A DNA stretch of 64,000 nucleotides from Scyliorhinus canicula (Eukaryota). This document shows positions 36,088 through 49,668 of the stretch, piece after piece (the first letter of the stretch is position 1; every line of letters begins with the position of its first letter). The translations under genes were made by a program, and so were the position numbers. The stretch lies in assembly GCF_902713615.1 (NCBI RefSeq), contig NC_052160.1, positions 25,862,083-25,926,082 on the forward strand, read 5' to 3'. A model generated the notes under the pieces. The model was not told where the DNA came from and made no database searches. It was given only the letters and a program-made list of their open reading frames with translations.

Positions 36088-36437
36088 GGGCAGCACGGTA
36101 GCATAGTGGTTAGCACAATTGCTTCACAGCTCCAGGGTCCCAGGTTCGATTCCCGGCTTGGGTCACTGTCTGTGCGGAGTCTGCACATCCTCCCCGTGTG
36201 TGCGTGGGTTTCCTCCGGGTGCTCCGGTTTCCTCCCACAGTCCAAAGATGTGCAGGTTAGGTGGATTGGCCATGATAAATTGCCCTTAGTATCAAAAATT
36301 GCCCTTAGTGTTGGGTGGGGTTACTGGGTTATGGGGATAGGGTGGGGGTGTGGGCTTGGGTAGGGTGCTCTTTCCAAGAGCCGGTGCAGACGCGATGAGC
36401 CGAATGGCCTCCTTCTCCACTGTAAATTCTATGGTTC
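36088..36437 (+). mobile_element. Full-length HE1/V-SINE-like element with CR1-type tail
   Basis: tRNA head, V core TCCCCGTG..GGGTTTCCTCCGGGTGCTCCGGTTTCCTCCCAC, tail CCGAATGGCCTCCTTCT..CTGTAAATTCTATG; similar copies at 3431-3672, 23280-23605, 39845-40165, 51846-52150, 58866-59172. Confidence 0.9.
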
Positions 36438-36576
36438 AAATTATACATGGAACGTAGATCAAAACTTAGTTTCTGAATAAGGTCAACCTTGGTGAGTGTT
36501 TGCTTGTTTAACCTGTACTCTTTTGGCTGAACTTTATTTTGGCCATACAACGTCAACATTACACAGCAAATTTACT

Positions 36577-39383
36577 AAAGCGAGCAGAATGCTGGTGCAC
36601 CAGCTTCGCAAGAGTGAGGCGGCCAGGGAAATTGGGGAAGTACGGGATAAGGAGGGCAACACGGTCATAGACCCAGAGTAGGCGAACAAAGTATTTAGGG
36701 TGTTCTACGGTAAATTGTAGGAGTCCGAGCCCCCGCCGGGCGGGGAGGGGATGAGGCAATTCATGGACCAACTGAGGTTTCCAGAAGTGGAAGAGGATCT
36801 GGTGGAGGGACTGGGGGCCCCGATAGAGCTGGAGGAGATGGTAAAGGGGCTGGGAACATGCAGTCGGGCAAGGCCCCAGGGCCGGATGGCTACCCTGTAG
36901 AATTCTGCAAGAAATTTTCAGAGCTGCCGAGGCCACTCCTGCTAAGGACCTTTAATGAGGCCAAAGAGAGAGGGCCCCTCCCCCCAACAATGTCACAGGC
37001 TTCGATTTCACTCATCCTCAAACGAGAGAAAGACCCGCTACAGTGTGGATCTTATAGACCGATATCGCTCCTGAACGTAGATACCAAACTGCTGGCCAAG
37101 ATCTTGACTGCTAGAATTGAGGACTGTGTCCCTGGGGTGATAGGGGAGGATCAGACAGGCTTGTCAAGGGCAGGCAATTGAACTCCAATGTACTGAGGTT
37201 CCTAAACATCATCATGATGCCCTCAGTGGGAGGGGAGGCAGAAGTAGTGACAGTGATGGATGCAGAGAAAGCCTTTTGATCGGTTGGAATGGGAGTACCT
37301 GTGGGAGGCGCTAAGAAGGTTCGGGTTCAGTGAGGGGTTCATAGGCTGGGTCCAGCTACTTTATCAGGCCCCCGTGGCAAGTGTGTGCACGAACAGGGTG
37401 AGGTCGGAATACTTTAGGCTCCACCAGGGAATGAGGCAGGGGTGCCCCCTCTCCCCGTAATTATTCGCCCTTGTGATAGAGCCGCTGGCTATAGCGCTGC
37501 GGACTTCAAAGAACTGGCAGGGGTTGGTTTGGGTGGGGGGGGGGGGGGGGGAGAGCAGCATCGGGTCTCACTTTACACGGATGATCTGCTCCTATACATC
37601 TTGGACCCACTAGAGGGGATGGGGGAGGTCATGCAGATTCTGAGCGACTTTGGCAATTTCTCAGGGTACAAGCTAAATGAGAAGAAAAGCGAGATGTTTG
37701 TGATCCAAGCTAAGGGGCAGGAAAAGAGACTGAGAGAGCTTCCGCTGAAGATGGTCGAGAAGAATTTTCGGTACCTAGGGATACAGGTGGCTCGAAATTG
37801 GGATGCCCTCCACAAGCTTAATCTATCTCGGCTGGTAGAACAGATGGAGGGGGACTTCAAAAGGAGGGACATGCTCCCGCTATCTTTAGCGGGGAGGGTG
37901 CAGACTATTAAGATGACGGTTCTCCCCAGATTCCTGTTCGTCTTCCGGTGCCTTCCCATCTTCATCCCCAAGTCCTTCTTTAAGCGGGTGAACAAGATCA
38001 TCTTGGGATTCGTTTGGCCAAATATGACCCTGCGAGTAAAGAGACTGTATCTGGAGCGCAGTCGGGGGGTGGGAGGGGGGCTGGTGCTGCTGAACTTTTG
38101 CAGCTACTACTGGGCGGCTAACATAGCCATGATTAGGAAATGGGTGTTGTGGGAGGGGTTGACGTGGGAGAGGTTAGAGGCGGCCTCATGCAAATGTACC
38201 AGCCGAGGGGCACTTGTAACGGCACCTCTGCCGTTCTCGCTGGCCCACTACTCCTCCAGTCTGGTGGTGGTGGCAGCATTAAAGATCTGTGGTCAGTGGA
38301 GAAGGCACAGGAGGGCGGAGGGAGCCTCAGTTTGGTCCCGGGCAAGATAGACGGAGGGTTTCAAAGCTGGCATAGGGCAGGCACTAAAAGGATAGGGGAC
38401 CTGTTCATAGATGGGACCTTTCCCAGCCTGAAAGCGCTGGAGGAGAAATTTAGTTTGCCCCCTGGAAATGCTTTCAGATACCTTCAGGTACATGCCTTTC
38501 TCAAAAACAGGTGGTATCATTTCCGCTGCTACCCCCTCGCAGGATACAGGATAAGGTGGTCTCCAGCACCTGGGTAGCGGAGGGGAAGGTGTCCATCTAC
38601 CAGGAACTTCAGGAGGCGGAGGAAGCCCCAGTCGAGGAACTCAAGGGCAAATGGGAGGAGGAGCTAGGCGGGGACCTGGATGCGGGCCTGTGAGCCGATG
38701 CCCTAAACAGGGTCAATTCCGCTTCATCATATGCCAAGCTTAGCTTAATCCAGTTTAAGGTGGTCCACCAGGCACACTTGACGGCAACCAGGATGAGCAA
38801 GCTCTTTGGGGTTGAGGATAAATGGGCAAGGTGTGCGGAAAGCCCTGCAAATCATGTCCATATGTTCTGGGCATGCCCGGCTCTTAAGGGATTCTGGCAG
38901 AGATTTGCTAAGGCAATGTCCAAGATCTTAGACACGCAGGTGGTGCCTAGTACATAGATAGCGATCTTTGGTGTGTCAGACGATCCGGGAGTTCAGGAAG
39001 CAAAAGAGGCCGACGTCTGGCCGTTGCCTCCCTGGTAGCCCGGAGATGGATCCTTTTAATGTGGAGGGACTCGAAGCCCCCGAGTGTAGAGACCTGGATT
39101 AGTGACATGGCTGGGTTTCTCAGTCTCGAGAAAATAAAGTTTGCCTTGAGAGGGTGCATGGCAGGGTTCTCTCTGAGGTGGCAGCCGTTCCTCGACTTTC
39201 TAGGAGAGCAGTAAAGGTCAGCAGCAGCAGCATCCCGGGGGGTAGGGGGGTTGTTACATAGTACTGTTCTTTTCTCTGTATATATGGTTAACATTAATTT
39301 TGTTATGTTAATTGTTGCGTACTGTTATGCAAAAAAAATTATGTTTTTGACAAAAAGTTGAATAAAAATAATTTTTTAAAAAG
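36577..39383 (+). mobile_element. 5'-truncated L1-clade LINE in UQCRC2 intron 9 (antisense to gene)
   Basis: KASRMLVHQLRK, SGKAPGPDG, YTDDLLLY, C-terminal zinc-knuckle-like motif; AATAAA and A tail. Confidence 0.93.
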
Positions 39384-39389
39384 AACAGA

Positions 39390-40382
39390 AGATAGATTAT
39401 TTTGTAATAAGGTAGAGAGGGCCAGAGACACAAATAGGCCAGGACCTCACAACTGAATCTGCTTGAGAGCTTCTCAGGGGAGCCCACGGCAAGGCAAAGC
39501 AGTGCTGGTGTGACCTGTATACAGAGCCCCAGGGCTTCTGCTGAACAACTGATTAAGAAGAAACTGAAATAAAGAACAAAGCAGTATAAAGATCATTTCC
39601 TGAGGTATGGCTTTATTGTGCCAATGCAAATCAGGATGCAAAACCAATGAGTGTTATATGCAGATAAGTACTGGCAAATGAAAGTTTAAAACTCTCAAAA
39701 CTTCAAAGGCATTTTGAAGTTTGAGGACAAACCTCTTGATTTCTTTCAAAGGAAGCAGCGAGAACTTAAATCGTCAGCCGAAGTCACGAGCAGAAATGTA
39801 GCAGTGAATGACGAAGCAAGTGAGATCGTGAGGACCAAGCGAGTCACGGCACAGTAGCACAGTGACTAGCACTGTTGCTTCACATCTCCAGGGTCCCAGG
39901 TTCGATTCCCGGCTTGGGTCACTGCGCGGAGTCTGCACGTTCTCTATGTGGGTTTCCTCCGGATGCTCCGGTTTCCTCCCACAGTCCAAAGATGCGCAGG
40001 TTAGGTGGATTGGCCATGTTAATTTCACTTAGTGTCCAAAAAGGTTAGGTGAGGTTACGGGGAAAGGGTTGAGATGTGGGCTGAAGTAGGGAACTCTTTC
40101 CAAGGGTTGGTGCAGACTTAATGGGCTGAATGGCCTCCTTCTGCACTGTAAATTCTATGATTCTATAAAGTGAGATTGTGAGAACCAAGCAAGTGAGATC
40201 ATCAGGACCAAGCAGGCTCACCTGTCGCATTAAAGGTAAGCAATAATGGTGTGCCGCAAAGGTCGGCAGGCATGGGTCGCTAACGTAAGCCGGCATGAGT
40301 CACAAGCGTTGGCCATCATGGGGCCCATAGTTCCGCAGGTTGGTAAAAGTGGGTCCCAGGAAAAAAAGTTTGAAGAACAAGG
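39390..40382 (+). mobile_element. Non-autonomous hAT (Charlie/Buster-like) DNA transposon remnant with a SINE inserted at 39845-40165
   Basis: Degenerate transposase N-terminus QYKDHFLRYGF...KPMSVIC..VLANESLKLSKLQRHF...DKPLDFFQRK; internal 22-24-bp repeats caagtgagatc..gaggaccaagc. Confidence 0.65.
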
Positions 40383-40507
40383 AACTAAACCCTAGACCTT
40401 TATGGAGAGCAGTTCAGAGTCAATCACATTTCTCAGGGTCTGGAGTCGCGTGTAGGCCAGACCAGGTAAGGATGTGTTCACCTGTACACATTGATCACAA
40501 TGCTCAC

Positions 40508-40603
40508 CTCCACGGAACTTAGCCGCAGTACCAGCTGCACCAGTACCACTCCTCATGTTTAAGTAGTGTTCACCCACTTGCTTCAATACTGTATGGTTAA
40601 CAC
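40508..40603 (-). CDS. UQCRC2: UQCRC2 exon 9
   Basis: GVNHTVLKQVGEHYLNMRSG...KFRG; 96 nt. Confidence 0.97.
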
Positions 40604-40777
40604 CTGTGGATGGGAAGAGAAACAACAGTGTCAATATGCTGATTGTGCAATCCTACATTACCATTACCCTCCAATACCACTTCAATATTAAAATATCTTT
40701 GAACCAAAATAAAATCTGGAGACGACAGGAATTATTTTTCCCTTCTTCCTTCATAGGATGTGGGCATTGATGACAAG

Positions 40778-41345
40778 TGTTATGGGCCAGGGTTTAGAGA
40801 ACCCTAAAGTGAATCATGGAGTTCACCTGACCCACAGCTTTTAATGGATTGTGGTTATGGGGAGCACAAGGGCTTACTTTCCAGGTGTAATGCCACAGAT
40901 ATCTAAAGCACTTTTAAAACAAAACAATGTTTATTTATGAATCCAGTTAACACTTTATAAACCCACAGTAAACATCTCAACAACTCTCAACACCAATAAT
41001 CCCCACAGATACAATATTCTATAAGTAACCCTTCATACTTTCCTAACAGCATCCATATATTAAAAACTTTTCAAAGAAAGACAGCAGGTTTAAATTCTCT
41101 ACAGAAACAGGTATTACTTTGAAATCCTCAAATGAGCTGGACAGTCTGTAGCTTGTAGAGAGAGATCATTCTACAGCTGCTTGCTTTGCCTGCAGCTATC
41201 CAGCTCTGAAAACAAAACTAAAACACACTGTAGCTACCTGCTCAAAACCAAAAGTGAAAGACAGACAGCCCAGTTTCACCCACACTCTACCATTACTGCA
41301 GCTATTTGATAAACACCCAGTTCTTAAAGGTACTCTCACATGGCA
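40778..41345. mobile_element. Solo LTR (Gypsy-like, 4-bp TSD) in UQCRC2 intron 8
   Basis: TGTTATG...CATGGCA termini; TSD CAAG (40774-40777, 41346-41349); splits an older SINE. Confidence 0.8.
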
Positions 41346-42049
41346 CAAGGCCAGCATTTGTTGCCCCAGTCCTAGTTGTTTTTGAATGGCATACCAGGCC
41401 TTTATGGAGAGCAGTTCAGAATCAATCACATTTCTCTGGGTCTGGAGTCACGTGTAGGCCAGACCAGGTAAGGATGGCAGATATCCTTCCCTAAAGGACA
41501 TCAGTGAACCAGATGGGTTTTTACAACAATCAGCAACGGTCTCATGGTCACCACTGCGGAGACTAGTTTATTATATTCCAGATTTATTGAATTCAAATTC
41601 CACCAGCTGCCACAGTGGGATTTGAACCCATGTCCTTTGATGAATTTGGTTACTGTTAATCTGACTGAATAATTACAACATAGCGCATCAATATTTTAAT
41701 TCTGAATACTCATAAAAACACAATCGGATTGTATATCCGTTACATTTTCTGAGTGTGACAGTGTGAGATACCTCATTACAGAGCTTATTGTAAACAATTG
41801 GGTGTTTTATTTGAAAATCATACCATGCTAAATTCAGATTTGAAAAATACACAAGTTTGTTTCTCAAAGACAGTTTAAAAAGCAGAAACTGAAGAGCTGC
41901 ATTTCTGTAGCTTCTTTCACAACCTCAGGGCGTCCCAACAAAGTATCTTTGAAGTGTCATCGCTGTTTTGTAATGGAAAAAAGTTGCTAAGAAACAAATA
42001 CACAAAAAGGAACACTGAAAACCATAACTTATGCTCATGTGACACTTAC

Positions 42050-42107
42050 CCAGCCCTACGAGAGCCATCCTTCCACTTGTAAAATTGTTTTGCACAAACT
42101 CATGCAG
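42050..42107 (-). CDS. UQCRC2: UQCRC2 exon 8
   Basis: LHEFVQNNFTSGRMALVGL; 58 nt. Confidence 0.97.
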
Positions 42108-42212
42108 CTATGGAGACATTAAGGGTCAAGCACATATTAGGGGAGAATCATCAACGTTTTGTTTCTTTTAAAAGATTTTCTTTGCGGAGATTCTTTTGTG
42201 TTTTATTCTTAC

Positions 42213-42310
42213 CTGGTCTGCTGTGTGCTGACCAATCATAAATCTGGGGCAGTAGAGGGGGTTGCTCAGGGCATTACGGTAAGCAGCTGAATGCAGATTC
42301 TCCAGAACAT
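42213..42310 (-). CDS. UQCRC2: UQCRC2 exon 7
   Basis: [21 protein letters not shown]; 98 nt. Confidence 0.97.
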
Positions 42311-43432
42311 CTACAAAAGAAAAATCAAATGCACTTGCTTACCACAACTGACTGCTCTCCGAGAAATCACGACAGCAAGAATATGGAATTATTCACGAGG
42401 CATACACAGAACATGCAGCACAGGCCATTCTGCCCAACTGGTCCATGCTATGTTTATATTCCACAGTGTCCTTCCCACATTTCATCTTTCCCTATCGACA
42501 TACCCTTCTATTCCTTTCTCCCTCATGTACTCATCCAGCTTCTCTTTGCATGCATCCATTTTTGTTCACCTCAACTACTCAATGTACGAGTTCTACATTC
42601 CAAAAACAGGTGTCTGACAAAATATAGTATAAAAAAAGAGCAGCCTTTTCTAACCATACCAGATTGTGTATATTGCACATGTATAGTACAAATCACTGTC
42701 CTTGACCTGTGCTTCATTTTTGTAGCATTCTGGCTAAACATCAAATTCCATCATTCTTCCATCGTTGCTGGGTCAAAATCCTGGCATTGCCTGCCTGTGG
42801 GCATATCTCCATCGCAAAGACAGCAGCGGTTCAAGTAAGTGACTCCACATAGCCATTCCAAGGGCAACTGGGGGTTGGGCAACAACTGCTGGTGTTGCCA
42901 GCAACTCCCACATCCCAGGAATGGCACAGGAGGAGGCCATTCAGCCCATTGTGCATGTGCCAGCAAAACAAAATTATGTAAAACCAGCCTCGGAGAGAAA
43001 TCAGTGCAGTGCAAAAGGGTTCTTCGACTGCTTAGCTCTCGTTCTTGTTTGGCTAAGTGGTAACACCTTAGTAGTGTTGACTGAAAAGGACTCCCTGTTA
43101 TAATTGCGGGGGAAATCGCTATGCACTTAGATACTGAAGCAGCTTAGGGAGGTGACTGCAATAAAATTGTTGATAAGGGCTGTGGTAGAGTTGTGCACTG
43201 GAAAGATCAGCTACCTCGACCTTCACAAAATCAAGTTTAATGCTTCAGTCTTCAAGGATCCTAGCCTAAGCTTGGTGGCAGTGTCCTGACTCGACAGCTC
43301 AACCAGCTGCAAATAAACACCTGGTTAAGTCATGGTCTAGAAGCAGTGTTACAATGGGACTTTATTTTATTTGCGAATCATCGGAGACCAGTTGTTTTAA
43401 TGTCTGCCCAACAGATGTCTTTCAAATCTCAC

Positions 43433-43557
43433 CTATTTGTGGATTCTGAAAGGCGATTGCTCTGTCCAGTTCCAGTTTTGGCGCGAGTTCCGATAGTTCC
43501 CACCGCCTGAATTCCTGGGCAGCAGTAACGTTGATCAAATACTCCATTACTGTGTCA
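43433..43557 (-). CDS. UQCRC2: UQCRC2 exon 6
   Basis: [24 protein letters not shown]...AFQNPQI; 125 nt. Confidence 0.97.
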
Positions 43558-44162
43558 CTGAGAGGAAGTATTCAGGAGTTAGATACCCACAACAACTTTT
43601 ATTCATATTGTGCAGAAAATAATGTGGAAAATGTCCTAGGAGTCAGCCGGAAGAGGGGGGAGTGGGGATTGAAAAACAAAATGAAGTATGAATCGCGAGC
43701 CAGGGCGAGAGGTTAGAGTTACGGTAGTTTGATACAGGTTTACAGTGTGTATTACCTACAGACCATCATCTACTACTGGTGAGTGACAGAAAGCTCTTGT
43801 ACCAGTTGTTACTGAACAGTCAACTCAACATAAAGAAGATGGCTATGTAGCACGAATTGAGGATTTTGTTAACATTTGCAAGAACATAAGAAAATCAAAT
43901 GAATAGATGCTAGTTCAATTAATAATTTTAAACCGGAGGTGGAAAGGTTTTGCAGAATAAGGGTGGAAAAGGGTAATGGAGCCACAGCAAGTAGATGGGA
44001 GTTAGGATACAGTTCAGTCAAGATCTCATTGATTTGTGGAACAAACTTTAGGCTGAATGACCTCCTCCTGTAACTATGCTTTAACAACTGTGTTTATAAA
44101 ATCCCAACTTTTACAATGGTGTAAAAAGCAGAGGTTGCCTGTGGAATGGGTCCAACACTCAC

Positions 44163-44219
44163 ACATAGTCTCGCATACATTCCACTGCGTAGATCATGTT
44201 TTCCCTCGTAGATGTCACA
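44163..44219 (-). CDS. UQCRC2: UQCRC2 exon 5
   Basis: VTSTRENMIYAVECMRDY; 57 nt. Confidence 0.96.
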
Positions 44220-45390
44220 CTGCAAAATCAGAAATGGCCAGTAATTACTGGATTAAATAGAGTCGGCTGTAGATCAGAGATGTCTTTGTAAATACTCTTT
44301 TAAATGTTTCTAGCAATTAACCATTCACGTATCAACACAGGGAAATTAAACACTTAGAGTACAGAGAAACCGTTTCAGGGTTACAACAGACAAGGGTTTG
44401 TTTTCAGTAACTGTGACCAGACAGGTCGAACATTGAAATCTAAGTTTCAACGTGCTGCAAATTCAATTCAGGGGTATTAAACCTGTCCTGTAATAGGATT
44501 TCAAGGAATGAAATATTCACATCAAACTGAGTGGAACTAGGACTATCTTTATTAATTGCATGCAATCTATTTAAACGAAAAGCTAGGAGACTGGGCAGCA
44601 GGTATGTTGTTGAAATTTAGGTTTGCTGCCTGTAAGGGTCCAGTGCGAGATGACTTTGGCCAGTCGGAGCCAGTTCCCAATGGGTACCGATCCAAAGCAG
44701 TAGAGATTTGTCACTGGCAAGTTCACTCAGACAGGCAATAATAGCCGGTGCAAGGAAGAATTCGGCAAAATGTAGTGCACCGCTGGCAGTTGCAGCGTCA
44801 CGGTTGTTTTTGTTCTGCTTCTGGGCTCTGCAATATCTGACCTAGAGCCTTGAAAGTAGAATTTTCATTGATATGGTATCTTTCACAACCTCATTATAAT
44901 CCCAAAGTGCTTTACAGCCAATTAAGAATGTTTTGAAGTATAGTCATTTGACAGAAATGGGGCAACCATTTTCTGTACAGCACAGTCCCACAAATTGAAA
45001 TGGAATAATGACCAAGAGAGCATTTTTTTTTTTAAAGTGATGGTGGTTGAGGGATAAATATTGAGAACTTGCCTGCTCTTCTTTGAACAGTGTCACAGTA
45101 TCTTTACTGTCCTCGAGAGAGCAGATGGTGCTTCGATTTAACATTTCACCAAAAGACGGCAACTATGACCAGCAAGCATTGCCTCAGTATTGTACCTGGG
45201 AGTGTCAGCCTGCAGCCTGTGTTCAAGATTCTGGATTGGGACTTTGGGGCTGGGAGCTGAGAGACAAGAATGCTACCCACTGGGCTGGGACTACTTGATT
45301 CCAGCCCAGCTAGGAAAGTGGCACAATCCTGATATTGATATTTCTCACCCTGACAAATACAGAAATTGAGAAGAAAAGATGTTTGCCTAC

Positions 45391-45455
45391 CTCAGACTGC
45401 CTCCTACAGCTTCTACGCCACGGGTTATTTTGAACGACGAAGCTCCCTTTGTTGT
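45391..45455 (-). CDS. UQCRC2: UQCRC2 exon 4
   Basis: TTKGASSFKITRGVEAVGGSL; 65 nt. Confidence 0.97.
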
Positions 45456-46304
45456 CTGTAAAACAGACCACGCTTTGGTTAAAACTGAAAGATTAAGTTG
45501 CTAATGGAATTCTGTTACCCAAGTTTGACATAAAAAATGACATATTTTATAATGTTAGAAATTAATCTTTATTAGAAGTACACCAAAGGATGCAAGGATG
45601 GAAACTATCAGTGTGTGCGCCGAGGTCACACTTTACCAAGAGATAATGATAGTGTGTTATGTAGAGGCTAATGCGTAGCCAGGACAATGCTTCAAGGCAG
45701 TAATACTGCAAAACAAACTGCAAAGTTAACTGATGGATCCTGATTCCAAATTATATTGTTGTCTCTGTATTTTGATGTACAGAAACTTAATTTCACATTA
45801 TTAATACTATTGGTAAAAATCAGCTGGGATCAAACCCGGGTCCACTGTACCATCTTGCCGTCCTTAACATCCTGATCAATAACCAGTGATTCCCGCTGGA
45901 AAGTTTGCATGCATAGAGATCAAGTGAAGTCCTGATCAGACTTTGTTGTGATGCCCAACAGAGTTGAATAGTCTGGTAACCTTCCCTCTCCAAAATCTCA
46001 CACAAGAAATGGCTAAGCAGACGATGAGCCAGAGAACAGTGGAATTGTTTCCTCACAAGTATAAAGTGTGGTCAGGGGACAGGGGAGGCCAGGTGAGTAA
46101 GCGCAGGGCTGGCGTAAATGCAACCAGGTGATGTCAAGTAACAGGCATTGCCCAGACAACCATAACTGAGAACCATCAACCCCACTCAGGATGGTGCGAG
46201 CAAACGCCGTGTATCACGCTGATTTAAAACAGATGGCATAGCAAAAAAGAAATATTGAAAGTGTTGCAAATGTGAACAGTTGTTTTCATTAAAACTTTAC
46301 TTAC

Positions 46305-46454
46305 CAGGTTTGCTGCCAGGCGAAGGGCATGAGTGATGCCCAAGTTACTGGCACTCTCATACCTGCTGCCTGCCTTTATAAAGACGCCAATCTTTGAGGT
46401 TGGCGAATAATTTTCTAGAGAGGCAATTATCAACCCATTTGGCAATTTGGACAC
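46305..46454 (-). CDS. UQCRC2: UQCRC2 exon 3
   Basis: [33 protein letters not shown]...LRLAANL; 150 nt. Confidence 0.97.
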
Positions 46455-46556
46455 CTGTAGGAGACAAATTGTAAATACTTGATTATCCATATAAAATTGA
46501 ACATCCAGAGTCTTTTGTAAATAAAAATTAGAGTACCCAATTCTTTTTTCCCACTT

Positions 46557-48367
46557 TTTTTAAAAATAAGTTTTATTGGAATTTTTTACAGAAAATATAA
46601 AAATACAAGTATAGCAACAAGCAGTAATATGCAACTAACAGCCCCATAACACCCACAATTCCCCCCAAACCGTAACATCACATGCATCACACTCCCCCCC
46701 CTCCCCCCCCCCCCCCCCCCCCCCAACAAGAGAACTTAACCATAAATTAAAATTAAATAAATCAAATTTAAATAAAATAAGCAAACATAATCAACCCCCC
46801 CCCCCCCCCCCCCCCCCTCCCCGGGGGTTGCTGCTGCTACTGTCCCAGTACCCTATCGTTGAGCCAGAAAGTCGAGGAAAGGTTGCCACCGTTTAAAGAA
46901 CCCTTGCACCGATCCTCTCAGGGCGAATTTGACATTCTCAAGCTTAATGAAGCCCGCCATGTCATTGATCCAGGTCTCCACGCTTGGGGGCCTCGCGTCC
47001 TTCCATTGTAGCAAAATCCTTCGCTGGGCTACTAGGGACGCAAAGGCCAGCACACCGGCCTCTTTCGCCTCCTGCACTCCCGGCTCTGCCCCAACCCCAA
47101 AGATCGCAAGTCGCCATCCTGGCTTGACCCTGGATCCCACCACCCTTGACACCGTCCTCGCCACCCCCTTCCAGCACTCCTCCAATGCCGGGCATGCCCA
47201 GAACATATGGGCATGGTTCGCTGGACTCCCCGAGCACCTGGCACACCTATCTTCACCCCCAAAGAACCTACTCATCCTCGTCCCAGTCATGTGGGCCCTA
47301 TGCAGCACCTTGAATTGAATGAGGCTAAGCCGCGCACACGAGGAGGAAGAATTTACCCTCTCCAGGGCATCAGCCCATGTCCCGTCTTCGATCTGTTCCC
47401 CCAGTTCCCCCTCCCACTTCGTTTTCAGCTCCTCTACTGACGCCTCTTCCACCTCCTGCATAAGCTTGTAGATATCGGATATCTTCCCCTCCCCAAACCC
47501 CCGAGAGCACCCTGTCACTCACCCCCCTCACGGGGAGCGCAGGGAATCCCTCCACCTGCCGTCTAGCAAATGCCTTTACCTGCAGATATCTAAACATGTT
47601 CACCGGCGGGAGCCCAAATTTCTCCTCCAACTCCCCCAGGCTCGCAAACCTTCCGTCGATAAACAGGTCCCTCAGCTGTCTAATGCCCGCTCTATACCAT
47701 CCCTGAACTCCCCCATCCATATTCCCCGGGACGAACCTAAGGTTCCCCCTTAACGGAGCCTCCATCGAGCCCCCCACTTCTCCCGTATGTCGCCTCCACT
47801 GCCCCCAAATCTTGAGGGTAGCCGCCACCACCGGACTCGTGGTATGCCTCGTGGGAGGGAGCGGCCACGGCGCCGTTACCAGGGCCCCCAGGCTTGTATC
47901 CCCACAGGACGCTCTCTCCATCCGTTTCCATGCTGCCCCCTCCCCCTCCATCACCCACTTACGCACCATCGACACGTTGGCCGCCCAGTAGTACCCCGAG
48001 AGGTTGGGCAACGCCAGCCACCCCCCCCATCTCTACTCCACTCCAAGAAGACCCTCTTCACCCTCGGGGTGCCATGCGCCCAAACAAATCCCATGATGCT
48101 GCTGGTCACCCTTTTAAAAAAGGCCCTAGGGATAAAGATGGGCAAGCACTGGAAGAGGAACAAGAACCTCGGGAGAACCGTCATTTTGACGGATTGCACT
48201 CTGCCCGCCAGCGATAGCGGCACCATGTCCCACCTTTTAAATTCCTCCTCCATCTGTTCCACTATTCTGGTGAAGTTAAGCTTATGAAGAGCCCCCCAAC
48301 TCCTGGCCACCTGCACCCCCAGGTACCTGAAACTCTTCACTGCCCTCCTGAAGGGGAGCCTCCCAAT
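46557..48367 (-). mobile_element. 5'-truncated L1-clade LINE inserted into a SINE in UQCRC2 intron 2
   Basis: Close relative of the 29.3-32.1 kb copy; TSD TTCTTTTTTCCCACTT (46541-46556, 48368-48383). Confidence 0.94.
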
Positions 48368-49174
48368 TTCTTTTTTCCCACTTAAGGGGTAATTTAGCGT
48401 GGCCAATTCACCTACCCTGCACATCTTTTTGGGTTGGGGGGGTGAGACCCACGCAGACACGGGGAGAATGTGCAAACTCCATACGGACAGTGACCCAGGG
48501 CCGGGATCAAACCCGGGTCCACTGTACCACCTTGCCGTCCTTAACATCCTGAGTCTACAAGAGTTTTCAACTTAATGTCCTGTCATGATTTGGGTCACAC
48601 TTTTATCTCAACATTGAAATTATCTGTTTAATAAGCTAATTGGCTCTTATATTTTGCTACATTACAATGATAATTACAGTTCAAAGGAAATTCACTAGAT
48701 GTGAAGCACTTTGGATCATCTTGAGAAAAGGTGCATTTAAATCATCAGGGCATGCAATGTCTTAGTTCACTCAGTGCAAAGTATTTCTAATATTCTATTC
48801 CAACTGCTTTCCTCCATGACTTGTCTCCTTCCATTCCTCTTAAAGTACCAACGCTTCGCTGAGTAGTTCCACGGGGTCTATGTTTCCTCTGGTATCTTGC
48901 CCTAGTGGTCAATCATCACACGCAGGCCTAAACAGTGAGGAAGCTGAAAAGCCACAATTACGTCCCTACTCCGTCCGGATTTCATACCGACAAAAAACCA
49001 AACCTATGACCTTCTAGTCTGCAGACTGAGCGATTGACTGGATCAATGAACCGAGCCCCAATCATCTTGAATTAAGATTTTTTTTTCTGAATCCTGTGTA
49101 CAATAATCAAGAGGTACAAATGCTCAGGCCCCACAAATATTTTTAAACATGTGATTAGAATTGCAGTAACACAT

Positions 49175-49668
49175 GGGCAGCACGGTGGCCTAGTGGTTAG
49201 CACAGCTGCCTCACGGCGCTGAGGTCCCAGGTTCGATCCCGGCTCTGGGTCACTGTCCGTGTGGAGTTTGCACATTCTCCCCGTGTCTACGTGGGTTTCG
49301 CCCCCACAACCCAAAAATTTTTTTTTTTTTTTTTTTTTAAATAAATTTAGATTAGCCAATTATTTTTTCCAATTAAGGGGCAATTTAGCGCGGCCAATCC
49401 ACCTACTCTGCACATTTTTGGGTTGTGGGGGCGAAACCCACGCAGACACGGGGAGAACGTGCAAACTCCACACGGACAGTGACCCAGAGCCGGGATCGAA
49501 CCTGGGACCTCAGCGCCGTGAGGCGGTTATGCTAACCACTAGGCCACCGTGCTGCCCCCCACAACCCAAAAATGTGCAGAGTAGGTGGATTGGCTACACT
49601 AAATTGCCCCTTTAATTGGAAAAAATAATTGGATAATATAAATTTATTTTTAAAAAAAAGAAAAAAAA
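49175..49668. mobile_element. SINE nested antisense inside a same-family SINE
   Basis: Outer TSD AGAATTGCAGTAACACA (49157-49173, 49669-49685); inner - copy 49319-49557 with TSD CCCACAACCCAAAAAT. Confidence 0.92.

Noticed and set aside
47951-48547. 198-aa ORF fusing SINE sequence to L1 ORF2
   Set aside because: Chance read-through across the insertion junction of a truncated L1 in a SINE.
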